This document shows positions 18,256-28,316 of a stretch of DNA of 64,000 bases, in pieces (the first letter of the stretch is position 1; each line of letters opens with the position of its first letter). Location: the NCBI GenBank assembly GCA_036517395.1, contig DATDWN010000013.1, positions 2,191-66,190 on the forward strand. The letters are read 5' to 3'. The DNA is from Minisyncoccota bacterium. Its GTDB lineage: Bacteria > Patescibacteriota > Minisyncoccia > Phycocordibacterales > DATDWN01. A model generated the notes under the pieces. That model was not told the DNA's origin, ran no database searches, and saw only the letters and a list, made by a program, of their open reading frames with translations. The position numbers and the translations under genes were made by a program.

Positions 18256-19354
18256 AATTGAAATGACAATAAAAGAATTTGTTTTAAAAAATAAATATCA
18301 GTTGATAATTTTATTATGCGGAATTCTTGCGATTTTTGTTTCCTTTTTCTATATAGGATATAGTTCAGAGCTTGGCAGTGATGCCACTGAATTCAAACAA
18401 GCCTCTGAATTTTTGTCTTCCGGAAGCGTAGTTTCGCCTCAAATATTAATAAATAGAGTTTTAACTTCGCCCTTGTTTCTTCGGGCCTCGCTCTTGGTAG
18501 ATCTTTTTACGAAAGACATAAGAGTTAGTTTTTCTATAGTTAATGTTCTCTTTTATTTGATGCTTATAATAGCTTTTTACCATTTAGTTTTGGAAATCTA
18601 CAAAGAGGAGAAAGTGGCGCTTATTTCCACGCTTTTGGTTGTTTTTAATTATTATGTGATAGATCCCGGTAATGCTCATTTGGCCGACATGTCTGGCTGG
18701 TTTTTTCTTATAATCTCGACTTATTTTGCCGTTAAATATTTTAATACTCCAAATAAGAAATTTTATTTTTTATCAATATTATTTTCAGCCATAGGAGTTT
18801 TATTTAAAGAGTACGGCGGATTGGCCATTATTAATCTTGGGCTTCTGATTATTTTGTCGGATTTTTCTTGGAGAGAAAAGATTAAACAAGTTATAGTTGC
18901 GAGTTTGCTATTTATAATTCCACTCCTCGGATGGCATATTTTTGCTTATTTTAAATATCACATTACATATTTTGATAAATTTAAATATGTCGAAGCTATT
19001 TCTTCTGCGCCAGGGTATCAAAGTAAAAGCTTGATCATTTTTATAAAAATCTTAGGATGGCTATTTTCCGTTGGCTGGATTGCATTTCTGTACGGTTTTT
19101 GGAAAGAAATTGAAATAAAAAATAAAAATAGACTGAAGATTGTGATTGCTTGTTTTCCTGCAACAATGACATTTCTTATTTGGCCGGCGATCACTGAAAG
19201 ACTGGCGGTTATTTTGCTGTTTTGGCTTGCTCTGATAGCGGGTTTTGGTCTATCAAAAATTAGATGGTACGTCCTCTATCCATTTTTACTGACTTATATT
19301 TGGTTTAATTGCAATATAAAGATTTTGATAGCCATGATTAATCTGCCTTTCTAG
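18242..19354 (+). CDS. Polytopic membrane protein (possible GT-C-like glycosyltransferase)
   Basis: About 10 hydrophobic segments; no decisive motif. Confidence 0.3.
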   Translation: MKLIRIEMTIKEFVLKNKYQLIILLCGILAIFVSFFYIGYSSELGSDATEFKQASEFLSSGSVVSPQILINRVLTSPLFLRASLLVDLFTKDIRVSFSIVNVLFYLMLIIAFYHLVLEIYKEEKVALISTLLVVFNYYVIDPGNAHLADMSGWFFLIISTYFAVKYFNTPNKKFYFLSILFSAIGVLFKEYGGLAIINLGLLIILSDFSWREKIKQVIVASLLFIIPLLGWHIFAYFKYHITYFDKFKYVEAISSAPGYQSKSLIIFIKILGWLFSVGWIAFLYGFWKEIEIKNKNRLKIVIACFPATMTFLIWPAITERLAVILLFWLALIAGFGLSKIRWYVLYPFLLTYIWFNCNIKILIAMINLPF

Positions 19355-20325
19355 ATCAAGTTGTATTTAACAAGCAAGTCAAAGTAGGGAATTTTGTTTC
19401 TTATCTGATCCAGCACAATACTATATTTACTTATGGCCGTTTCTTTGAGCTCCGGAAATTTGTTTTTCAAATCTTCAACCATAAAGTCTCTTATAGCCCA
19501 CATAATGTCTCTCTCTTTTTGATTTGCCGGCGTGTAAACGTCTTCAACCAATCCTATGTCAACCGAGAAAAATTTTCCTGTAGCCAAAAGTTTACTAGCC
19601 TCACCTTGGTCCACAGAAAATGACAGGAAATTCTGTTGAGACAAGTCAATATAAACACGGCTTCTCTTCTGTCTTATGGTAAATATATGATGGAGGTTGT
19701 AGGGGTTAAGTCCAATAGTCTCCAGAGCTTTCTTGAAGTCACCCCTTTCTGCTTTATCCACCAACTTGAGGAGAGGAGCCATGTCATCTCTGGTTGCATT
19801 TTTCTGGCTCAAAACGTTTGTCTCTACTTTGAATTTCAGCTCTGTTCGCAAGTCGAACTGTCCCATAGGCGTAGCTTTTACTTGTACCAGTTCGCGCCCA
19901 CTTTTCGGGTCTTCAGCATTTGTTGTGTTTATCCTAGAGCGGTATCTCGCACTGTTCTGGGATTTATCAAGGTCTAGATTTGAGGTATCGTAGTATTCAT
20001 CTGTAAACTCGCTTACGTCCATTTTGTTTTCTCCTGTTATGTTTAGGTCCGGAAATCTCTGTTTCATCAAATCCATATGATCAATATAAGTGTCACGCAA
20101 GTATTGATAAACTTTATCAGCTTGTTTCTGAGGAATAGAAAGAGTTATTTGGCTATCCACTCTTGCCGCGTTTATTCCATAGCCGGCTGCGTGGGTATTC
20201 TGGTTAAATCCAAAAGTCTCTTCGACTAAGACATTTTTTCGCTCTGGATATGGTTTAACTCCCAGAATATAAAGAAAAGAGAGCGTGATAACAATTAGTA
20301 AAATGGCGACAGCAGAGGATTTCAT
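19351..20325 (-). CDS. Hypothetical protein with an N-terminal TM anchor, possibly CYTH/VTC-like
   Basis: EYYDT…ARYRSR resembles the DDYYDT…KLRVRIYD of the neighbouring VTC-like protein. Confidence 0.3.
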   Translation of the reverse strand: MKSSAVAILLIVITLSFLYILGVKPYPERKNVLVEETFGFNQNTHAAGYGINAARVDSQITLSIPQKQADKVYQYLRDTYIDHMDLMKQRFPDLNITGENKMDVSEFTDEYYDTSNLDLDKSQNSARYRSRINTTNAEDPKSGRELVQVKATPMGQFDLRTELKFKVETNVLSQKNATRDDMAPLLKLVDKAERGDFKKALETIGLNPYNLHHIFTIRQKRSRVYIDLSQQNFLSFSVDQGEASKLLATGKFFSVDIGLVEDVYTPANQKERDIMWAIRDFMVEDLKNKFPELKETAISKYSIVLDQIRNKIPYFDLLVKYNLI

Positions 20326-20405
20326 GTCGTCTAAATTATACAGAATGAAGGCTTTATGTCTATGTTCCAGCCTTATTGATTAAATGAGATTTTGGTCTAT
20401 AATGG

Positions 20406-21716
20406 TTGCTGTTTATGAAAAAAGATCTATCAAAGCGTCCACTCTATGTACTAGGGGCTATTTTTCTAGTTGGCGCTATCTTGGCTACAAGCCTTGTCAT
20501 TGTCGCCATGCGGGATTACAGTCTACGTCTTCGGCTTCTCCATAATCCAGCCATCCAATATTTTAAGCATTCATATAACTCGTTTCGTAAGCTTTCCGAT
20601 ATAGTATTTCTACCTTATCTTTTTGCAGAGTCGAACCTGCCGGTGTATGACCTAAATGTTTCTGTAAATAACACCATGAGCATGAACGAAGCTCTATCAC
20701 CCGATCCTATTTCAGGGAGGATGACCGATGATAACGCCCCCTACGTCAAGGCTCTTTTTGAAGACAAATCGATTGGTTTTGTAGATACCATCGATTTGAG
20801 ATACCGCGGACAGGAGGCTAACCACTGGAACAGCCTCCAGAAGTCTTATCGTATAAGATTTGACGATAAAAATTTATGGGGTGGGAAGCGTCTAGTCAAT
20901 TTTATAATTCCTTATGACAGGTTTTACTATATAGAGCCTATGAATATGTATAGAGCAAAGAAGTTTGGTCTTATCGATGTACCGATGAAGTTTGTTAGAC
21001 TAAATCTCAATGGCACAGACAATGGTGTTTATCTGATGTTTGAGCAGTGGTCGCCGGAATTTTTGGAGAAGAAAGGCTTGCCTCAAGGAAAAATATTCTC
21101 CCTTGCTGACGGAGTTTACCACGCCACGAAACTTTCCGACTACGTTAATACATTCGACGAAAAAGGTGATGTAAAAAAAGAGGAACTAGCTGAACTTTTT
21201 TTTCTCCGAGACAAATCCGATGTCAGCACTTTCAAAAGGAAATTACCTCAGATCATGGATATGGATAAATTGTACCACTGGAACATACTCAATATTCTGG
21301 CCAGAAGCAATCACCAGAACGAGGCCGACAATCTTCTTTTGTACTGGAATGATGTTACTCTAAAATTTGAGATGATTCCGTGGGATATAGAGATATATCC
21401 TCCAGAGAATCCTTACACCGATTCCGTTTCTCTTCTTATGAAAAGAGTTTTGTCGATTCCGGAATTTCGGGCAAGACGGGACGAGCTCTTGAGGCAATAT
21501 ATAGAAAATCCCAAGAATTTGGAGGATGACCTAGCTTTTTATGATAAGCTAGAGAAAGAAACCAAGATCGATTTTCTGAAAGATAACAGTAAGCTTCAGA
21601 CGGATTTCACTTATCTCTCTAACATAAAAAAATACAGGCGCTTTGTCGCTCTCGATTTCGAGAAGGCTAAGGAAATACTCTCTTTGCCAAAAGACTATTA
21701 TGGAGATGGACACTAA
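20406..21716 (+). CDS. CotH-family protein (atypical kinase fold), N-terminal TM anchor
   Basis: WNSLQKSYRIRFDDKNLWGG matches the conserved CotH KKSYRI/KF block. Neighbouring genes form the usual VTC–DUF4956 pairing. Confidence 0.5.
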   Translation: MLFMKKDLSKRPLYVLGAIFLVGAILATSLVIVAMRDYSLRLRLLHNPAIQYFKHSYNSFRKLSDIVFLPYLFAESNLPVYDLNVSVNNTMSMNEALSPDPISGRMTDDNAPYVKALFEDKSIGFVDTIDLRYRGQEANHWNSLQKSYRIRFDDKNLWGGKRLVNFIIPYDRFYYIEPMNMYRAKKFGLIDVPMKFVRLNLNGTDNGVYLMFEQWSPEFLEKKGLPQGKIFSLADGVYHATKLSDYVNTFDEKGDVKKEELAELFFLRDKSDVSTFKRKLPQIMDMDKLYHWNILNILARSNHQNEADNLLLYWNDVTLKFEMIPWDIEIYPPENPYTDSVSLLMKRVLSIPEFRARRDELLRQYIENPKNLEDDLAFYDKLEKETKIDFLKDNSKLQTDFTYLSNIKKYRRFVALDFEKAKEILSLPKDYYGDGH

Positions 21717-22470
21717 AGCACAAAATAAAAAAGAGGACAAGAAAGAAGAAGAATTTGCCCGTCTGGAATTTAAATATGTTCTCGATCCACTTATTTACAT
21801 GCAGGTGAGGAGCTTCATTGAATCCATAGGTTTGGAACATGATAGGTCTGTATTGGGCGGACTATACACAGTCACTAGCATATACTTCGACACTATCGGA
21901 TTGGACGACTACTATGACACCGCTGGGGGATTTTTAGATAGAAAAAAACTGCGCGTCAGAATCTATGACCGTGAGTTTGATAGCAAGAAAGAAATCCATT
22001 TTGAAGTCAAGAACAAACACGATATGTTTATTTTGAAAGACAGGGTGACTGTTGTGGGAAAAGAATGGCAGGATCTTCTGCGTGGAGACTTCAGAAAATT
22101 CTCGAAAGTCTTTGACGGCTTTATCTTAAGCGAAGGCAGAACACCAACCGTTATTGTTCGTTATGAAAGAGAGGCTTACGATTCTTGGTTTCATGGGCGA
22201 GTTCGTCTTACTTTCGATAGGAAGATAGAGGCCATACGACCGGATTCCCTTGTCCATATAGACGAGTTATGGTACGATGTAAATCCGGTATACGAAGAAT
22301 ACGCCAACGAATACACCTCTTCCCCTACGGTTTTGGAGATAAAGTTCGGGGACAAACTTCCGTGGTGGTTTTCTTTCATGGTCAGGAAGTTTGACTTACA
22401 GCGCAGCGTTTTTTCAAAATATTCGAGATCGATTGATGCCCTTTATAAGCACGACCCGCTCCCAAGATAA
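21700..22470 (+). CDS. VTC-domain (CYTH-like, polyphosphate-polymerase-type) protein
   Basis: FKYVLDP…IYFDT…YYDT…KLRVRIYD…EVKNKH. The likely start is an internal ATG within the end of the CotH ORF. Confidence 0.45.
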   Translation: MEMDTKAQNKKEDKKEEEFARLEFKYVLDPLIYMQVRSFIESIGLEHDRSVLGGLYTVTSIYFDTIGLDDYYDTAGGFLDRKKLRVRIYDREFDSKKEIHFEVKNKHDMFILKDRVTVVGKEWQDLLRGDFRKFSKVFDGFILSEGRTPTVIVRYEREAYDSWFHGRVRLTFDRKIEAIRPDSLVHIDELWYDVNPVYEEYANEYTSSPTVLEIKFGDKLPWWFSFMVRKFDLQRSVFSKYSRSIDALYKHDPLPR

Positions 22471-22497
22471 TTACAAAAATAAAAAAATATAGAGAAT

Positions 22498-23184
22498 ATG
22501 ACTAACCCATTGGATTTTTACAATTTTACTGGCACAGAATTTTCAGCCGCTCTGGTCGTGTTTAACTTAGGATTATCGTTTCTTCTCCAACTTGTTATAG
22601 TCTGGGTCTATAAAAAAACTCATCGCGGACTTTCCCATTCCCAATCTTTTCTTTTTACTCTGGTCATCATAGGAGTTCTTGGCACGGTTGTTCTTATGGT
22701 TGTCCGAAATAACTTGGTTGGCGCCTTCGCTCTCCTTGGCGCTTTTTCATTAATCCGTTTTCGAACAATTGTTAAAGAAACTCGAGATGTGGCTTTCGTC
22801 TTTTTTGCTCTGGCTATGGGGGTTGCTGTAGGAACAAACAACTACTCTATTGCTCTCATTGCAACCTTCTGTATTTCGGCCATGATACTCTCTCTTTCCA
22901 AATACGGCTTTGGTCTTATAAACAAAGAGGGCAGTCTGGGATATGTTCTGACTATGGAAACCAGCCGAGAGTTTTCGGCGGAGGCCATGAAAGAAAAGCT
23001 GTCATCCTATTCCATTTCCGAGATGCTCCATTCAAAATATAAACAAGGTGTCGGAGGGCACTACGCCTTCTCTGTCCATTTCAGGGATTCCTCCGGCTTA
23101 AATAAACTTTCTGAAGATTTGAAGAAAACTTCAGGCATTGAACATTTTGAGTTCATAACCTCAAAAAATAGTGTTGAGTATTAA
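22498..23184 (+). CDS. DUF4956-like multi-TM membrane protein (typical CotH/VTC partner)
   Basis: 4-5 TM helices plus a cytoplasmic C-terminal domain; gene context. Confidence 0.4.
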   Translation: MTNPLDFYNFTGTEFSAALVVFNLGLSFLLQLVIVWVYKKTHRGLSHSQSFLFTLVIIGVLGTVVLMVVRNNLVGAFALLGAFSLIRFRTIVKETRDVAFVFFALAMGVAVGTNNYSIALIATFCISAMILSLSKYGFGLINKEGSLGYVLTMETSREFSAEAMKEKLSSYSISEMLHSKYKQGVGGHYAFSVHFRDSSGLNKLSEDLKKTSGIEHFEFITSKNSVEY

Positions 23185-23186
23185 TC

Positions 23187-24884
23187 TTGATTACGATGCA
23201 ACAGGTCAAAGATTTTTTTGCTAAAAAGGAATGGTTTTTTGTTGCTTGTCTTGTTCTGGTCTTCATACTGATTCGCCTCTCTGGAGTTCATTTGCCTCTA
23301 CATCAAGATGAGTATAAATGGCCTATTGTGGTCAATCCAGCCAACACAAGTGGCATATCTATTCCTCATCCGCCGCTTTCCGAGTTTATCTATCGTATGG
23401 CGGGGGAAATTGTCGGATTCAACGTTAATTTTCGGTTCGTCCCGCTGTTTTTTGGATCAATAAATCTGATTCTTTTGTTTTATCTGGTTAAAAGTTTGTT
23501 TGGCAAAAAAGAGGCTGTGGTGGCGTCTTTGATTTGGATTTTCTCTTATTTTTCTGTTCTGGCTTCTCTTATGGTGGATACGGACGGGGAGATTTTGCCT
23601 TTCTTTTTTCTGCTTTCACTTATCGCTTATTACAAAACCCGCATCTCTACGGGCAGAAAACTGTACATATGGATGGCTCTGCTCGTTATTTTCTGCATCC
23701 TCGGATTTATGGTCAAGGTTAGTTTCATCATTGCTATTGGAGCTATTGTAGCTGACTTTTTGTGGGACAGGAGAAAAAATATAACCAAAAAAGAGGCTCT
23801 GAAATATATAGGTTTCGGAGTTTTAGCTATTATCGCTCTGGCTATACTTTTAGCCGCTGCTCATTTCGCTTTCTCTTTTTTTGATTTGTCTAAGGCTCTT
23901 GTTTACTGGGAGCACTTTATCATAAGCAAGCGGGATTGGTTTCAGATATTTATACAGTGTGTTAAGGCTTTGCTCTACTCCTCTCCGTTTTTAGTTCTCC
24001 TTCCGTTTTTTGGTGAAAAAGAGGATTTTTCAAAGGTCAGGGTATTTGTCTTCTTTCTTATTTTGGCCTTTATTTTTTACATAGTATTGTTTGACTTCTC
24101 CATAGGGGCCTTGGACAGATATTTTCAGCTTCTTATACTGCCACTATCTGTTTTCTCTTCCATAATCATAGTTAAATCTTTTGAACCCAAACCCGCTCGA
24201 GCAAAAGAGTTTTTGCTTCTGGGCTCTGCTGTTGCTCTAATTTTTATTTTACTTCAATCCTTACCTCATTTTGTTCCTGCTCTCCACCCAAAATCCGAAT
24301 GGATAAGTCGAGTGATTAGTCTCCGGTGGAACTTCGTCTATCCTTTTTCCGGCGGTTCTGGCCCTTTAGGATTTTATGTTTCCTTTTTGTTTATGGCACT
24401 CTCTTGGATTGTCACGTTTTGCTCTCTTGTCCTTGCCAAAATAAAACCAAACTATAAAACTCTTTCAATTATGTTTCTTATTCCTATTGGTGTTGCTTAC
24501 AACGGCATTTTTATTGAGGAATATTTAGTTGGTCTGTGGAATGGTCATGCTCCGACTTTGGTTACTCACGCAGTAGAATTTATTAAAAATGACTCAGATA
24601 TAAAATTTGTCACGGTTTACAACGACAATGGTGGCAACGAGATTATGGACATCGGCAAGTATCGAAAGCGACTTTATTTTGATCCCAAACTCAATCAGCA
24701 GAAAAAAGTTAGAAGTTTTAATGAATTCAAAGAGTATTATTTTGTCTTGGATGTGCCCAGACTTGATCCAACCAGTTTCTACCAAAAGTATTTTGACTCT
24801 TGCCAAATAGTCTATAGTGAAGTTGATAAAAAAATGACTTCTATTATTTATGATTGCAGATCTGCTCCAGATATAAGTCTCTAA
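23187..24884 (+). CDS. GT-C-fold glycosyltransferase (ArnT/PMT-like)
   Basis: A polytopic N-terminal domain with an HQDEY(KW) loop motif, and a large soluble C-terminal domain. Confidence 0.4.
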   Translation: MITMQQVKDFFAKKEWFFVACLVLVFILIRLSGVHLPLHQDEYKWPIVVNPANTSGISIPHPPLSEFIYRMAGEIVGFNVNFRFVPLFFGSINLILLFYLVKSLFGKKEAVVASLIWIFSYFSVLASLMVDTDGEILPFFFLLSLIAYYKTRISTGRKLYIWMALLVIFCILGFMVKVSFIIAIGAIVADFLWDRRKNITKKEALKYIGFGVLAIIALAILLAAAHFAFSFFDLSKALVYWEHFIISKRDWFQIFIQCVKALLYSSPFLVLLPFFGEKEDFSKVRVFVFFLILAFIFYIVLFDFSIGALDRYFQLLILPLSVFSSIIIVKSFEPKPARAKEFLLLGSAVALIFILLQSLPHFVPALHPKSEWISRVISLRWNFVYPFSGGSGPLGFYVSFLFMALSWIVTFCSLVLAKIKPNYKTLSIMFLIPIGVAYNGIFIEEYLVGLWNGHAPTLVTHAVEFIKNDSDIKFVTVYNDNGGNEIMDIGKYRKRLYFDPKLNQQKKVRSFNEFKEYYFVLDVPRLDPTSFYQKYFDSCQIVYSEVDKKMTSIIYDCRSAPDISL

Positions 24885-24950
24885 ATAGGGAATTCCAAGC
24901 CGGTTTCTTTTTGCTTTTTTCGTGTTAATATGACCAGATGCAAAGAATTT

Positions 24951-25087
24951 ATCCGCACACCAACATTGCCATTGTTCTGCTTTTTCAATAATTACTCTGA
25001 TAGATTTTGATAAAACATGACAGAAACAAATAATATGGGTATTTCCGAGCAGAACATAAAAAGAGATGGCAATGTTGGTGTGCGGAT
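24951..25087 (+). repeat. Inverted-repeat element family 1, copy 2 (91-nt spacer). The downstream arm spans the start region of the GT4 gene.
   Basis: atccgcacaccaacattgccattg … atggcaatgttggtgtgcggat. An internal TTGATA-18-TAATAT promoter-like sequence is present. Confidence 0.8.
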
Positions 25088-26204
25088 AAAAATTCTCTTT
25101 ATTATAGGCAATTTGGACGTCGGGGGAGCGGAAAAGCTTATAATCAATCAGGTTAAAAACATAGATAAAAACAAGTTTGTACCTCACTTGTGTACACTGT
25201 TTCCTTATGGAGACAATAATTATTCCGAGGTTTGGAAGGAACTCTCAGATATTCCATATCACAGATTTAATTTCAAAGGCCCGTATGATGTTTTTAGCTG
25301 GATAAAAGTGTGGTCTATTTTACGTAAGGAAAAATTTGATATATTCTGTTGCCACTTGTTTGAGTCGAACTTTATTATTCGAATACTAAATCTTTTTGTA
25401 GGCAGAAAACCAGTTTTCATTTTTGAACATAATGTTTATTTTAAAAAACAATGGTGGAAGATTTTAGCAGACAAGATATTGGCCAAGAAAACATCCAAAA
25501 TATTTGTCGATTCTCACGCTATTTTAAACTTTACTTCGGATCAGGAAAATATAGACAAGGATAAATTTGCAATCCTGCCCTATCCTATCGAACTATTGGG
25601 AGATAAGACTTTTGATTTGGCTAAAATAAAACATGATCTTGGATTACCCGACAATGCTTTTATCATCGGAACGGTAGCCCGTTTCGTTGAGCAGAAAGGC
25701 CTACCATATTTTATACAAGCTGCCGCTAAAATTTTGGAAAAAACCAAGCGTGAAGATATTTATTTTCTCCTTGTTGGCTACGGCAAAATGGAGCTAGATT
25801 TACGCATGATGGTGGATGACCTAAAAATAAATTCTCGATTACTCATTAGTCCTCCGAAAGACATAAAAGAAATTTTGCCTATTTTTGATATATTTGTTGT
25901 TCCATCTTTGTGGGAAGGTCAGCCAATCGCCATGTTGGAAGCCATGGCCTCAGGTCGCTCGGTTGTGGCAACAAAAGTCGGCGGTATTCCTGAAATATTG
26001 ATTGATGGGAAAAACGGTTTACTCTCGGAGCCGAAAGATCCCAATTCATTAGCCAAGGCTATTACTAAAATGTTGGAAGACGAGAAACTGCGAGTACGAG
26101 TTGGTATAGAGGCCAAAGGCACAGCTCACAACTATAGTATGCCAATCTATATAAACAAACTAGAGAAATATTTTCTCGATGCATATAATGAAAACGAAAA
26201 TTAA
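25017..26204 (+). CDS. Glycosyltransferase family 4. The true start is probably the GTG at 25080, giving MRIKILFIIGNLDVGGAEK.
   Basis: GT4 motifs FVVPSLWEGQPIAMLEAMASGRSVVATKVGGIPE. Confidence 0.7.
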   Translation: MTETNNMGISEQNIKRDGNVGVRIKILFIIGNLDVGGAEKLIINQVKNIDKNKFVPHLCTLFPYGDNNYSEVWKELSDIPYHRFNFKGPYDVFSWIKVWSILRKEKFDIFCCHLFESNFIIRILNLFVGRKPVFIFEHNVYFKKQWWKILADKILAKKTSKIFVDSHAILNFTSDQENIDKDKFAILPYPIELLGDKTFDLAKIKHDLGLPDNAFIIGTVARFVEQKGLPYFIQAAAKILEKTKREDIYFLLVGYGKMELDLRMMVDDLKINSRLLISPPKDIKEILPIFDIFVVPSLWEGQPIAMLEAMASGRSVVATKVGGIPEILIDGKNGLLSEPKDPNSLAKAITKMLEDEKLRVRVGIEAKGTAHNYSMPIYINKLEKYFLDAYNENEN

Positions 26205-26964
26205 ACAAGAAGCTATAAAATATTTTACTTCTCACTATCCTCTGGCCAGTCAAAAGGAAATAGACAAACAAGTCGAAGATTGGGAAAATAAATCTCGCTC
26301 AGCTGAAAGTCTACTTAAGTTTTTTGAAGAAAGGGTCGGTTTTGTGCGGGGCAAAAAAGTAATGGACGTTGGTTTTGGTAGTGGGGGAATATCCATGGCT
26401 TTTGCCAAGGCCGGAGCTATTGTTTCTGGTGTAGACGTTGATCCAGAGTTAAAAGATATAGCTGAAAGATTATTTTTAGCTGAGAATATTCAGGCTGATT
26501 TCAAAATATATGATGGTAGAAGTTTTCCTTACCCTGACAACTTTTTCAACTACGTTGTTTCTTCAAGCGTCTTGGAACACGTCAGTTTTCCTCTAGATGT
26601 GCTTAAAGAAATTTTGAGGGTACTGAAACCTCGAGGCAGAGTATTTCTTTCCCTTCCAAATAAATATTATCCTAAAGAAACTCATACCCTGGCTTATTTT
26701 GTAAGTTACATGCCAAGGGGCTGGGCAAATTTGTACCTGAGACTTTTAAAAAGAAGTCCTTTGGAAGACGACAATCTTCATTTTTACAGTTATTTTGATA
26801 TTGTCAAAATGCTCAATAAGACGGGTTATAAATATGAAATTTTATATAAAGAACTAGGCAAGGGTCTGGGTGTAAAGAAAACTTTGATTTTAATCCTAAA
26901 GTGGCTTAATATTCATTACACTGCATTTTTGAAACAGCTCATATTCATAATCGAGAAAAGCTAA
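26179..26964 (+). CDS. Class I SAM-dependent methyltransferase
   Basis: VMDVGFGSGGISMAFAKAGA…VDVDPE. Confidence 0.6.
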   Translation: MHIMKTKIKQEAIKYFTSHYPLASQKEIDKQVEDWENKSRSAESLLKFFEERVGFVRGKKVMDVGFGSGGISMAFAKAGAIVSGVDVDPELKDIAERLFLAENIQADFKIYDGRSFPYPDNFFNYVVSSSVLEHVSFPLDVLKEILRVLKPRGRVFLSLPNKYYPKETHTLAYFVSYMPRGWANLYLRLLKRSPLEDDNLHFYSYFDIVKMLNKTGYKYEILYKELGKGLGVKKTLILILKWLNIHYTAFLKQLIFIIEKS

Positions 26965-26971
26965 AACTATC

Positions 26972-28159
26972 ATGACAAAAAAAATGAAAGACAAAAATAA
27001 AGAGGACTACATTGTTTTCGGCACTCCCGCCATAGGAGAGGAGGAAATCGAGGAAGTGGTTAAAACTCTTCGCTCGGGCTGGCTTGGAACAGGACCAAAA
27101 GTGGCCAAGTTTGAAGAAATGATATGCCAGTTGACCGGAGCAAAATATGCCATGGCCGTGAACTCTTGTACCGCCGCTTTACACTTATCCCTTGTTGCTT
27201 CAGGTGTGGGCAAGGGTGATGAAGTTATAACTACCCCCCTGACTTTTTGTGCCACCGCCAACTCCATTATCCATTGCGGAGCCACTCCGGTTTTTGTCGA
27301 TGTTGATATGAAAACCATGAATATTGATGAAGACAGAATAGAAAAAGCCATCACAAAAAAGACCCGAGCTATTATGCCGGTTGATTTATTGGGTAGACCA
27401 GCTGATTTAGACAAGATTATGAAAATAGCCAAAAAGCACAATCTTCTGGTTATTGAAGACGCGGCTCATGCTATAGGAGCAGAATACAAGGGTAGGAAAA
27501 TTGGAAGCATTGCTGACCTGACCTGTCTCAGTTTTTATGTTACTAAGAACATTATGACAGGTGAAGGTGGCATGGTTTTGACTGACAATAAAGAATATGC
27601 CGATAAAATAAAAATACTGGCTCTTCATGGCATGTCCAAAGATGCATGGAAAAGATTTTCTGACGACGGCTACAGACACTATGAGGTGGTTTATCCAGGG
27701 TTTAAATACAATATGATGGACATCCAAGCCTCGCTGGGAATTCACCAACTGAAAAAGATAGATGAGTATGACAAAAAAAGAAAGTTGATTTGGGATTTTT
27801 ATAACAGAAAATTGAAGAATTTGCCAATAGGTCTGCCAAGTTACAAATGTAAAGATATAAAACACGTTATGCATCTATACACGGTTTTGGTTGATGAGCA
27901 AAAATCAGGAATATCCAGAGATAAGTTCATGCAAGAGCTTCATGTCCGCGGTATAGGAACCGGAGTGCACTATAATCCAGTTCATTTACACAAATATTAT
28001 CGCGATACCTATGGTTACAAAATCGGTGATTATCCAAACGCGGAATATATTGGTGCAAGGACTGTTTCTCTGCCGCTTTCGGCAAAACTTACAATGGACG
28101 AAGCAAAAAGAGTTGTTAAGGCGGTCAAGGAAGTGCTGGGAAGAAAAAAATCTAAATAA
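26972..28159 (+). CDS. DegT/DnrJ/EryC1/StrS-family PLP-dependent sugar aminotransferase
   Basis: Characteristic blocks LLVIEDAAHAIGA…GDIGC/LSFYVTKNIMTGEGG. Confidence 0.7.
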   Translation: MTKKMKDKNKEDYIVFGTPAIGEEEIEEVVKTLRSGWLGTGPKVAKFEEMICQLTGAKYAMAVNSCTAALHLSLVASGVGKGDEVITTPLTFCATANSIIHCGATPVFVDVDMKTMNIDEDRIEKAITKKTRAIMPVDLLGRPADLDKIMKIAKKHNLLVIEDAAHAIGAEYKGRKIGSIADLTCLSFYVTKNIMTGEGGMVLTDNKEYADKIKILALHGMSKDAWKRFSDDGYRHYEVVYPGFKYNMMDIQASLGIHQLKKIDEYDKKRKLIWDFYNRKLKNLPIGLPSYKCKDIKHVMHLYTVLVDEQKSGISRDKFMQELHVRGIGTGVHYNPVHLHKYYRDTYGYKIGDYPNAEYIGARTVSLPLSAKLTMDEAKRVVKAVKEVLGRKKSK

Positions 28160-28180
28160 AGATTATGCAGAAGAAAATAA

Positions 28181-28316
28181 ATCCGCACACCAACTTTGTC
28201 ATTGTTCTGTTTTTTCAAACTAGTATTTTCGTTTTTTGAATATCACTCCCAAAATAGATTCGTATATAACATATGTTTCAGAACACAAAAAATCATGACA
28301 AAGTTGGTGTGCGGAT
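28181..28316 (+). repeat. Inverted-repeat element family 1, copy 3 (90-nt spacer)
   Basis: atccgcacaccaactttgtcattg … atgacaaagttggtgtgcggat. Confidence 0.8.

Noticed and set aside
27007-27874. Antisense ORFs inside the DegT gene, and similar antisense ORFs inside secA, valS, ftsZ, ftsA and the DUF11 protein gene
   Set aside because: They lie entirely inside well-supported genes on the opposite strand and show no motifs.
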